Program-made: the position numbers and the translations under genes | Source: Auanema rhodensis | Lineage: Eukaryota; Animalia; Nematoda | DNA length: 64,000 nt | Direction: 5' to 3' | Assembly (NCBI GenBank): GCA_964057225.1 | Contig: CAXKVF010000074.1 | Span: 806,001 to 870,000 of the forward strand | Part shown: piece after piece, positions 1 through 11,616 of the stretch | Layout: each line of letters starts with the position of its first letter | Numbering within the stretch: position 1 is the first letter of the stretch | Notes under the pieces: generated by a model | Told to the model about the DNA's origin: nothing | Seen by the model: only the letters and a program-made list of their open reading frames with translations | The model's database searches: none

Positions 1-3000
1 ATTTATGCTAATTAAATGTACACGTGATGTGCACTTGGTATGTAACTCCCTTCACGTGAAAGATAAGGAGATGCGGTTTTCAAAATTAGATTCCCCATGT
101 CCATATTAGTCTAAAAACAAATTTTTATTGATATTGGTGCATGGTAACCATGACTTTGAAATTTACGTGAACTTTAATTTATGCTAATTAAATGTACACG
201 TGATGTGCACTTCGTATGTAACTCGCTTCACGTGAAAGATAAAGAGATGCGGTTTTCAAAATTAGATTCCCCATGTGCATATTAGTCTAAAAACAAATTT
301 TTATTGATATTGGTGCATGGTAACCATGACTTTGAAATTTACGTGAACTTTAATTTATGCTAATTAAATGTACACGTGATGTGCACTTGGTATGTAACTC
401 GCTTCAAGTGAAAGATAAGGAGATGCGGTTTTCAAAATTAGATTCCCCATGTCCATATTAGTCTAAAAACAAATTTTTATTGATATTGGTGCATGGTAAC
501 CATGACTTTGAAATTTACGTGAACTTTAATTTATGCTAATTAAATGTACACGTGATGTGCACTTGGTATGTAACTCGCTTCACGTGAAAGATAAAGAGAT
601 GCGGTTTTCAAAATTAGATTCCCCATGTCCATATTAGTCTAAAAACAAATTGTTATTGATATTGGTTCATGGTAACCATGACTTTGAAATTTACGTGAAC
701 TTTAATTTATGCTAATTAAATGTACACGTGATGTGCACTTGGTATGTAACTCGCTTCACGTGAAAGATGAAGAGATGCGGTTTTCAAAATTAGATTTCCC
801 ATGTCCATATTAGTCTAAAAACAAATTTTTATTGACATTGGTGCATGGTAACCATGACTTTGAAATTTACGTGAACTTTAATTTATGCTAATTAAATGTA
901 CACGTGATGTGCACTTGGTATGTAACTCGCTTCACGTGAAAGATAAAGAGATGCGGTTTTCAAAATTAGATTCCCCATGTCCATATTAGTCTAAAAACAA
1001 ATTTTTATTGATATTGGTTCATGGTAACCATGACTTTGAAATTTACGTGAACTTTAATTTATGCTAATTAAATGTACACGTGATGTGCACTTGGTATGTA
1101 ACTTGCTTCACGTGAAAGATGAAGAGATGCAGTTTTCAAAATTAGATTCCCCATGTCCATATTAGTCTAAAAACAAATTTTTATTGACATTGGTGCATGG
1201 TAACCATGACTTTGAAATTTACGTGAACTTTAATTTATGCTAATTAAATGTACACGTGATGTGCACTTGGTATGTAACTCGCTTCGCGTGAAAGATAAAG
1301 AGATGCGGTTTTCCAAATTAGATTCCCCATGTCCATATTAGTCTAAAAACAAATTTTTATTGATATTGGTGCATGGTAACCATGACTTTGAAATTTACGT
1401 GAACTTTAATTTATGCTAATTAAATGTACACGTGATGTGCACTTCGTATGTAACTCGCTTCACGTGAAAGATAAAGAGATGCGGTTTTCAAAATTAGATT
1501 CCCCATGTGCATATTAGTCTAAAAACAAATTTTTATTGATATTGGTGCATGGTAACCATGACTTTGAAATTTACGTGAACTTTAATTTATGCTAATTAAA
1601 TGTACACGTGATGTGCACTTGGTATGTAACTCGCTTCACGTGAAAGATAAGGAGATGCGGTTTTCAAAATTAGATTCCCCATGTCCATATTAGTCTAAAA
1701 ACAAGTTTTTATTGATATTGGTGCATGGTAACCATGACTTTGAAATTTACGTGAACTTTAATTTATGCTAATTAAATGTACACGTGATGTGCACTTGGTA
1801 TGTAACTCGCTTCACGTGAAAGATAAAGAGATGCGGTTTTCAAAATTAGATTCCCCATATCCATATTAGTCTAAAAACAAATTTTTATTGATATTGGTTC
1901 ATGGTAACCATGACTTTGAAATTTACGTGAACTTTAATTTATGCTAATTAAATGTACACGTGATGTGCACTTGGTATGTAACTCGCTTCACGTGAAAGAT
2001 AAAGAGATGCGGTTTTCAAAATTAGATTCCCCATGTCCATATTAGTCTAAAAACAAATTTTTATTGATATTGGTTCATGGTAACCATGACTTTGAAATTT
2101 ACGTGAACTTTAATTTATGCTAATTAAATGTACACGTGATGTGCACTTGGTATGTAACTCGCTTCACGTGAAAGATAAAGAGATGCGGTTTTCAAAATTA
2201 GATTCCCCATGTCCATATTAGTCTAAAAACAAATTTTTATTGATATTGGTGCATGGTAACCATGACTTTGAAATTTACGTGAACTTTAATTTATGCTAAT
2301 TAAATGTACACGTGATGTGCACTTGGTATGTAACTCGCTTCACGTGAAAGATAAAGAGATGCGGTTTTCAAAGTTAGATTCCCCATGTCCATATTAGTTT
2401 AAAAACAAATTTTTATTGATATTGGTGCATGGTAACCATGACTTTGAAATTTACGTGAACTTTAATTTATGCTAATTAAATGTACACGTGATGTGCACTT
2501 GGTATGTAACTCGCTTCACGTGAGAGATAAAGAGATGCGGTTTTCAAAATTAGATTCCCCATGTCCATATTAGTCTAAAAACAAATTTTTATTGATATTG
2601 GTGCATGGTAACCATGACTTTGAAATTTACGTGAACTTTAATTTATGCTAATTAAATGTACACGTGATGTGCACTTGGTATGTAACTCGCTTCACGTGAG
2701 AGATAAAGAGATGCGGTTTTTAAAATTAGAATCCCCATGTCCATATTAGTCTAAAAACAAATTTTTATTGATATTGGTGCATGGTAACCATGACTTTGAA
2801 ATTTACGTGAACTTTAATTTATGCTAATTAAATGTACACGTGATGTGCACTTGGTATGTAACTCGCTTCACGTGAAAGATAAAGAGATGCGGTTTTCAAA
2901 ATTAGATTCCCCATGTCCATATTAGTCTAAAAACAAATTTTTATTGATATTGGTGCATGGTAACCATGACTTTGAAAGTTACGTGAACTTTAATTTATGC

Positions 3001-4420
3001 TAATTAAATGTACACGTGATGTGCACTTGGTATGTAACTCGCTTCACGTGAAAGATAAAGAGATGCGGTTTTCAAAATTAGATTCCCCATGTCCATATTA
3101 GTTTAAAAAGAAATTTTTATTGATATTGGTGCATGGTAACCATGACTTTGAAATTTACGTGAACTTTAATTTATGCTAATTAAATGTACACGTGATGTGC
3201 ACTTGGTATGTAACTCGCTTCACGTGAAAGATAAAGAGATGCGGTTTTCAAAATTAGATTCCCCATGTCCATATTAGTCTAAAAACAAATTTTTATTGAT
3301 ATTGGTGCATGGTAACCATGACTTTGAAATTTACGTGAACTTTAATTTATGCTAATTAAATGTACACGTGATGTGCACTTGGTATGTAACTCGCTTCACG
3401 TGAAAGATAAAGAGATGCGGTTTTCAAAATTAGATTCCCCATGTCCATATTAGTCTAAAAACAAATTTTTATTGATATTGGTTCATGGTAACCATGACTT
3501 TGAAATTTACGTGAACTTTAATTTATGCTAATTAAATGTACACGTGATGTGCACTTGGTATGTAACTCGCTTCACGTGAAAGATAAAGAGATGCGGTTTT
3601 CAAAATTAGATTCCCCATGTCCATATTAGTCTAAAAACAAATTTTTATTGATATTGGTGCATGGTAACGATGACTTTGAAATTTACGTGAACTTTAATTT
3701 ATGCTAATTAAATGTACACGTGATGTGCACTTGGTATGTAACTCGCTCCACGTGAAAGTTAAAGAGATGCGGTTTTCAAAATTAGATTACCCATGTCCAT
3801 ATTAGTCTAAAAACAAATTTTTATTGATATTGGTTCATGGTAACCATGACTTTGAAATTTACGTGAACTTTAATTTATGCTAATTAAATGTACACGTGAT
3901 GTGCACTTGGTATGTAACTCGCTTCACGTGAAAGATGAAGAGATGCGGTTTTCAAAATTAGATTCCCCATGTCCATATTAGTCTAAAAACAAATTTTTAT
4001 TGACATTGGTGCATGGTAACCATGACTTTGAAATTTACGTGAACTTTAATTTATGCTAATTAAATGTACACGTGATGTGCACTTGGTATGTAACTCGCTT
4101 CGCGTGAAAGATAAAGAGATGCGGTTTTCAAAATTAGATTCCCCATGTGCATATTAGTCTAAAAACAAATTTTTATTGATATTGGTGCATGGTAACCATG
4201 ACTTTGAAATTTACGTGAACTTTAATTTATGCTAATTAAATGTACACGTGATGTGCACTTGGTATGTAACTCGCTTCACGTGAAAGATAAGGAGATGCGG
4301 TTTTCAAAATTAGATTCCCCATGTCCATATTAGTCTAAAAACAAATTTTTATTGATATTGGTGCATGGTAACCATGACTTTGAAATTTACGTGAACTTTA
4401 ATTTATGCTAATTAAATGTA

Positions 4421-4428
4421 CACGTGAT
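4421..4428 (-). promoter_or_regulatory. Second E-box, reading ATCACGTG on the minus strand (matches RTCACRTG)
   Basis: CACGTGAT at monomer positions 21-28, overlapped by palindrome TGTACA (17-22) and followed by palindrome GTGCAC (29-34). The motif is certain; function is unknown. Confidence 0.4.
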
Positions 4429-4450
4429 GTGCACTTGGTATGTAACTCGC

Positions 4451-4460
4451 TTCACGTGAA
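4451..4460. promoter_or_regulatory. Perfect 10-bp palindrome TTCACGTGAA containing an E-box/G-box (CACGTG), present in most monomers
   Basis: Motif seen directly at monomer positions 51-60. CACGTG is the canonical bHLH/bHLH-ZIP and plant G-box core; protein binding is not demonstrated. Confidence 0.45.
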
Positions 4461-4539
4461 AGATAAAGAGATGCGGTTTTCAAAATTAGATTCCCCATGT
4501 CCATATTAGTCTAAAAACAAATTTTTATTGATATTGGTG

Positions 4540-4552
4540 CATGGTAACCATG
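4540..4552. repeat. 13-bp interrupted palindrome CATGGT-A-ACCATG (contains BstEII site GGTNACC) in nearly every monomer
   Basis: Monomer positions 140-152; extends to 15 bp (TCATGGTAACCATGA) in monomers carrying G139T. Confidence 0.95.
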
Positions 4553-5440
4553 ACTTTGAAATTTACGTGAACTTTAATTTATGCTAATTAAATGTACACG
4601 TGATGTGCACTTGGTATGTAACTCGCTTCACGTGAAAGATAAAGAGATGCGGTTTTCAAAATTAGATTCCCCATGTCCATATTAGTCTAAAAACAAATTT
4701 TTATTGATATTGGTTCATGGTAACCATGACTTTGAAATTTACGTGAACTTTAATTTATGCTAATTAAATGTACACGTGATGTGCACTTGGTATGTAACTC
4801 GCTTCACGTGAAAGATAAAGAGATGCGGTTTTCAAAATTAGATTCCCCATGTCCATATTAGTCTAAAAACAAATTTTTACTGATATTGGTTCATGGTAAC
4901 CATGACTTTGAAATTTACGTGAACTTTAATTTATGCTAATTAAATGTACACGTGATGTGCACTTGGTATGTAACTCGCTTCACGTGAAAGATAAAGAGAT
5001 GCGGTTTTCAAAATTAGATTCCCCATGTCCATATTAGTCTAAAAACAAATTTTTATTGATATTGGTTCATGGTAACCATGACTTTGAAATTTACGTGAAA
5101 TTTAATTTATGCTAATTAAATGTACACGTGATGTGCACTTGGTATGTAACTCGCTTCACGTGAAAGATAAAGAGATGCGGTTTTCAAAATTAGATTCCCC
5201 ATGTCCATATTAGTTTAAAAACAAATTTTTATTGATATTGGTGCATGGTAACCATGACTTTGAAATTTACGTGAACTTTAATTTATGCTAATTAAATGTA
5301 CACGTGATGTGCACTTGGTATGTAACTCGCTTCACGTGAGAGATAAAGAGATGCGGTTTTCAAAATTAGATTCCCCATGTCCATATTAGTCTGAAAACAA
5401 ATTTTTATTGATATTGGTGCATGGTAACCATGACTTTGAA

Positions 5441-8400
5441 TTTTACGTGAACTTTAATTTATGCTAATTAAATGTACACGTGATGTGCACTTGGTATGTA
5501 ACTCGCTTCACGTGAAAGATAAAGAGATGCGGTTTTCAAAATTAGATTCCCCATGTCCATATTAGTTTAAAAACAAATTTTTATTGATATTGGTGCATGG
5601 TAACCATGACTTTGAAATTTACGTGAACTTTAATTTATGCTAATTAAATGTACACGTGATGTGCACTTGGTATGTAACTCGCTTCACGTGAGAGATAAAG
5701 AGATGCGGTTTTCAAAATTAGATTCCCCATGTCCATATTAGTCTAAAAACAAATTTTTATTGATATTGGTGCATGGTAACCATGACTTTGAAATTTACGT
5801 GAACTTTAATTTATGCTAATTAAATGTACACGTGATGTGCACTTGGTATGTAACTCGCTTCACGTGAAAGATAAAGAGATGCGGTTTTCAAAATTAGATT
5901 CCCCATGTCCATATTAGTCTAAAAACAAATTTTTATTGATATTGGTGCATGGTAACCATGACTTTGAAAGTTACGTGAACTTTAATTTATGCTAATTAAA
6001 TGTACACGTGATGTGCACTTGGTATGTAACTCGCTTCACGTGAAAGATAAAGAGATGCGGTTTTCAAAATTAGATTCCCCATGTCCATATTAGTCTAAAA
6101 ACAAATTTTTATTGATATTGGTTCATGGTAACCATGACTTTGAAATTTACGTGAACTTTAATTTATGCTAATTAAATGTACACGTGATGTGCACTTGGTA
6201 TGTAACTCGCTTCACGTGAAAGATAAAGAGATGCGGTTTTCAAAATTAGATTCCCCATGTCCATATTAGTCTAAAAACAAATTTTTATTGATATTGGTGC
6301 TTGGTAACCATGACTTTGAAATTTACGTGAACTTTAATTTATGCTAATTAAATGTACACGTGATGTGCACTTGGTATGTAACTCGCTTCACGTGAAAGAT
6401 GAAGAGATGCGGTTTTCAAAATTAGATTCCCCATGTCCATATTAGTCTAAAAACAAATTTTTATTGACATTGGTGCATGGTAACCATGACTTTGAAATTT
6501 ACGTGAACTTTAATTTATGCTAATTAAATGTACACGTGATGTGCACTTGGTATGTAACTCGCTTCACGTGAAAGATAAAGAGATGCGGTTTTCAAAATTA
6601 GATTCCCCATGTCCATATTAGTCTAAAAACAAATTTTTATTGATATTGGTGCATGGTAACCATGACTTTGAAATTTACGTGAACTTTAATTTATGCTAAT
6701 TAAATGTACACGTGATGTGCACTTGGTATGTAACTCGCTTCACGTGAAAGATGAAGAGATGCGGTTTTCAAAATTAGATTCTCCATGTCCATATTAGTCT
6801 AAAAACAAATTTTTATTGATATTGGTGCATGGTAACCATGACTTTGAAATTTACGTGAACTTTAATTTATGCTAATTAAATGTACACGTGATGTGCACTT
6901 GGTATGTAACTCGCTTCACGTGTAAGATGAAGAGATGCGGTTTTCAAAATTAGATTCCCCATGTCCATATTAGTCTAAAAACAAATTTTTATTGATATTG
7001 GTGCATGGTAACCATGACTTTGAAATTTACGTGAACTTTAATTTATGCTAATTAAATGTACACGTGATGTGCACTTGGTATGTAACTCGCTTCACGTGAA
7101 AGATAAGGAGATGCGGTTTTCAAAATTAGATTCCCCATGTCCATATTAGTCTAAAAACAAATTTTTATTGATATTGGTGCATGGTAACCATGACTTTGAA
7201 ATTTACGTGAACTTTAATTTATGCTAATTAAATGTACACGTGATGTGCACTTGGTATGTAACTCGCTTCACGTGAAAGATAAAGAGATGCGGTTTTCAAA
7301 ATTAGATTCCCCATGTCCATATTAGTCTAAAAACAAATTTTTATTGATATTGGTTCATGGTAACCATGACTTTGAAATTTACGTGAACTTTAATTTATGC
7401 TAATTAAATGTACACGTGATGTGCACTTGGTATGTAACTCGCTTCGCGTGAAAGATAAAGAGATGCGGTTTTCAAAATTAGATTCCCCATGTCCATATTA
7501 GTCTAAAAACAAATTTTTATTGATATTGGTGCATGGTAACCATGACTTTGAAATTTACGTGAACTTTAATTTATGCTAATTAAATGTACACGTGATGTGC
7601 ACTTGGTATGTAACTCGCTTCACGTGAAAGATAAAGAGATGCGGTTTTCAAAATTAGATTCCCCATGTCCATATTAGTCTAAAAACAAATTTTTATTGAT
7701 ATTGGTTCATGGTAACCATGACTTTGAAATTTACGTGAACTTTAATTTATGCTAATTAAATGTACACGTGATGTGCACTTGGTATGTAACTCGCTTCACG
7801 TGAAAGATAAAGAGATGCGGTTTTCAAAATTAGATTCCCCATGTCCATATTAGTCTAAAAACAAATTTTTATTGATATTGGTTCATGGTAACCATGACTT
7901 TGAAATTTACGTGAACTTTAATTTATGCTAATTAAATGTACACGTGATGTGCACTTGGTATGTAACTCGCTTCACGTGAAAGATAAAGAGATGCGGTTTT
8001 CAAAATTAGATTCCCCATGTCCATATTAGTCTAAAAACAAATTTTTATTGATATTGGTGCTTGGTAACCATGACTTTGAAATTTACGTGAACTTTAATTT
8101 ATGCTAATTAAATGTACACGTGATGTGCACTTGGTATGTAACTCGCTTCACGTGAAAGATGAAGAGATGCGGTTTTCAAAATTAGATTCCCCATGTCCAT
8201 ATTAGTCTAAAAACAAATTTTTATTGACATTGGTGCATGGTAACCATGACTTTGAAATTTACGTGAACTTTAATTTATGCTAATTAAATGTACACGTGAT
8301 GTGCACTTGGTATGTAACTCGCTTCACGTGAAAGATAAAGAGATGCGGTTTTCAAAATTAGATTCCCCATGTCCATATTAGTCTAAAAACAAATTTTTAT

Positions 8401-11400
8401 TGATATTGGTGCATGGTAACCATGACTTTGAAATTTACGTGAACTTTAATTTATGCTAATTAAATGTACACGTGATGTGCACTTGGTATGTAACTCGCTT
8501 CACGTGAAAGATGAAGAGATGCGGTTTTCAAAATTAGATTCTCCATGTCCATATTAGTCTAAAAACAAATTTTTATTGATATTGGTGCATGGTAACCATG
8601 ACTTTGAAATTTACGTGAACTTTAATTTATGCTAATTAAATGTACACGTGATGTGCACTTGGTATGTAACTCGCTTCACGTGTAAGATGAAGAGATGCGG
8701 TTTTCAAAATTAGATTCCCCATGTCCATATTAGTCTAAAAACAAATTTTTATTGATATTGGTGCATGGTAACCATGACTTTGAAATTTACGTGAACTTTA
8801 ATTTATGCTAATTAAATGTACACGTGATGTGCACTTGGTATGTAACTCGCTTCACGTGAAAGATAAGGAGATGCGGTTTTCAAAATTAGATTCCCCATGT
8901 CCATATTAGTCTAAAAACAAATTTTTATTGATATTGGTGCATGGTAACCATGACTTTGAAATTTACGTGAACTTTAATTTATGCTAATTAAATGTACACG
9001 TGATGTGCACTTGGTATGTAACTCGCTTCACGTGAAAGATAAAGAGATGCGGTTTTCAAAATTAGATTCCCCATGTCCATATTAGTCTAAAAACAAATTT
9101 TTATTGATATTGGTGCATGGTAACCATGACTTTGAATTTTACGTGAACTTTAATTTATGCTAATTAAATGTACACGTGATGTGCACTTGGTATGTAACTC
9201 GCTTCACGTGAAAGATAAAGAGATGCGGTTTTCAAAATTAGATTCCCCATGTCCATATTAGTTTAAAAACAAATTTTTATTGATATTGGTGCATGGTAAC
9301 CATGACTTTGAAATTTACGTGAACTTTAATTTATGCTAATTAAATGTACACGTGATGTGCACTTGGTATGTAACTCGCTTCACGTGAGAGATAAAGAGAT
9401 GCGGTTTTCAAAATTAGATTCCCCATGTCCATATTAGTCTAAAAACAAATTTTTATTGATATTGGTGCATGGTAACCATGACTTTGAAATTTACGTGAAC
9501 TTTAATTTATGCTAATTAAATGTACACGTGATGTGCACTTGGTATGTAACTCGCTTCACGTGAAAGATAAAGAGATGCGGTTTTCAAAATTAGATTCCCC
9601 ATGTCCATATTAGTCTAAAAACAAATTTTTATTGATATTGGTGCATGGTAACCATGACTTTGAAAGTTACGTGAACTTTAATTTATGCTAATTAAATGTA
9701 CACGTGATGTGCACTTGGTATGTAACTCGCTTCACGTGAAAGATAAAGAGATGCGGTTTTCAAAATTAGATTCCCCATGTCCATATTAGTCTAAAAACAA
9801 ATTTTTATTGATATTGGTTCATGGTAACCATGACTTTGAAATTTACGTGAACTTTAATTTATGCTAATTAAATGTACACGTGATGTGCACTTGGTATGTA
9901 ACTCGCTTCACGTGAAAGATAAAGAGATGCGGTTTTCAAAATTAGATTCCCCATGTCCATATTAGTCTAAAAACAAATTTTTATTGATATTGGTGCTTGG
10001 TAACCATGACTTTGAAATTTACGTGAACTTTAATTTATGCTAATTAAATGTACACGTGATGTGCACTTGGTATGTAACTCGCTTCACGTGAAAGATGAAG
10101 AGATGCGGTTTTCAAAATTAGATTCCCCATGTCCATATTAGTCTAAAAACAAATTTTTATTGACATTGGTGCATGGTAACCATGACTTTGAAATTTACGT
10201 GAACTTTAATTTATGCTAATTAAATGTACACGTGATGTGCACTTGGTATGTAACTCGCTTCACGTGAAAGATAAAGAGATGCGGTTTTCAAAATTAGATT
10301 CCCCATGTCCATATTAGTCTAAAAACAAATTTTTATTGATATTGGTGCATGGTAACCATGACTTTGAAATTTACGTGAACTTTAATTTATGCTAATTAAA
10401 TGTACACGTGATGTGCACTTGGTATGTAACTCGCTTCACGTGAAAGATGAAGAGATGCGGTTTTCAAAATTAGATTCTCCATGTCCATATTAGTCTAAAA
10501 ACAAATTTTTATTGATATTGGTGCATGGTAACCATGACTTTGAAATTTACGTGAACTTTAATTTATGCTAATTAAATGTACACGTGATGTGCACTTGGTA
10601 TGTAACTCGCTTCACGTGTAAGATGAAGAGATGCGGTTTTCAAAATTAGATTCCCCATGTCCATATTAGTCTAAAAACAAATTTTTATTGATATTGGTGC
10701 ATGGTAACCATGACTTTGAAATTTACGTGAACTTTAATTTATGCTAATTAAATGTACACGTGATGTGCACTTGGTATGTAACTCGCTTCACGTGAAAGAT
10801 AAGGAGATGCGGTTTTCAAAATTAGATTCCCCATGTCCATATTAGTCTAAAAACAAATTTTTATTGATATTGGTGCATGGTAACCATGACTTTGAAATTT
10901 ACGTGAACTTTAATTTATGCTAATTAAATGTACACGTGATGTGCACTTGGTATGTAACTCGCTTCACGTGAAAGATAAAGAGATGCGGTTTTCAAAATTA
11001 GATTCCCCATGTCCATATTAGTCTAAAAACAAATTTTTATTGATATTGGTTCATGGTAACCATGACTTTGAAATTTACGTGAACTTTAATTTATGCTAAT
11101 TAAATGTACACGTGATGTGCACTTGGTATGTAACTCGCTTCGCGTGAAAGATAAAGAGATGCGGTTTTCAAAATTAGATTCCCCATGTCCATATTAGTCT
11201 AAAAACAAATTTTTATTGATATTGGTGCATGGTAACCATGACTTTGAAATTTACGTGAACTTTAATTTATGCTAATTAAATGTACACGTGATGTGCACTT
11301 GGTATGTAACTCGCTTCACGTGAAAGATAAAGAGATGCGGTTTTCAAAATTAGATTCCCCATGTCCATATTAGTCTAAAAACAAATTTTTATTGATATTG

Positions 11401-11616
11401 GTTCATGGTAACCATGACTTTGAAATTTACGTGAACTTTAATTTATGCTAATTAAATGTACACGTGATGTGCACTTGGTATGTAACTCGCTTCACGTGAA
11501 AGATAAAGAGATGCGGTTTTCAAAATTAGATTCCCCATGTCCATATTAGTCTAAAAACAAATTTTTATTGATATTGGTTCATGGTAACCATGACTTTGAA
11601 ATTTACGTGAACTTTA
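5441..11616 (+). repeat. Nested block duplications: monomers 31(3' end)-45 repeated as 52(3' end)-66 (offset 21 monomers, 3696 bp), with an extra internal copy of 35-41 at 45-51 (offset 10)
   Basis: Rare A59T at 6923, 8683 and 10619, each within the ordered set A141T / A65G+T132C / consensus / A65G+C94T / A59T+A65G / A67G. A161T at 5441 and 9137 marks the start of the longer copies. Confidence 0.88.

Larger units (their letters stand above)
4401..4576 (+). repeat. Reference monomer identical to the consensus (monomer 26)
   Basis: Carries the majority base at every position. Hand count: A57, T62, C26, G31 (32.4% GC), with 5 CpGs at monomer positions 23, 48, 55, 74 and 166. Confidence 0.97.

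Noticed and set aside
4098-4125. CENP-B box-like start (CTTCG...) in A54G monomers
   Set aside because: The required CGGG half of nTTCGnnnnAnnCGGGn is missing, and I saw no full match on either strand.
4330-4428. Budding-yeast point centromere, suggested by the CDEI match ATCACGTG on the minus strand
   Set aside because: No ~80-bp, >90% AT CDEII and no CDEIII (TTCCGAA core) follow, and point centromeres are not tandem arrays.
4405-4509. 34-codon ORF (MLIKCTRDVHLVCNSLHVKDKEMRFSKLDSPCPY*) in each monomer
   Set aside because: Short enough to arise by chance. The monomer length is not a multiple of 3, every plus-strand frame has stops, I recognise no domain, and common variants are often non-synonymous.
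4401-4576. Assignment to a named satellite of similar length (Brassica CentBr, Arabidopsis CEN178, primate alpha satellite, honeybee AluI)
   Set aside because: Only the length is similar. The consensus has no AGCT/AAGCTT site and I recognise no homology. A BLASTN of a consensus dimer against nt/WGS and satellite databases is needed.
4477-4576. Phased A-tracts causing intrinsic curvature
   Set aside because: A/T tracts are present (77-87, 113-126, 155-164, 173-4), but I could not see a clean ~10.5-bp phasing by eye; a curvature calculation is needed.
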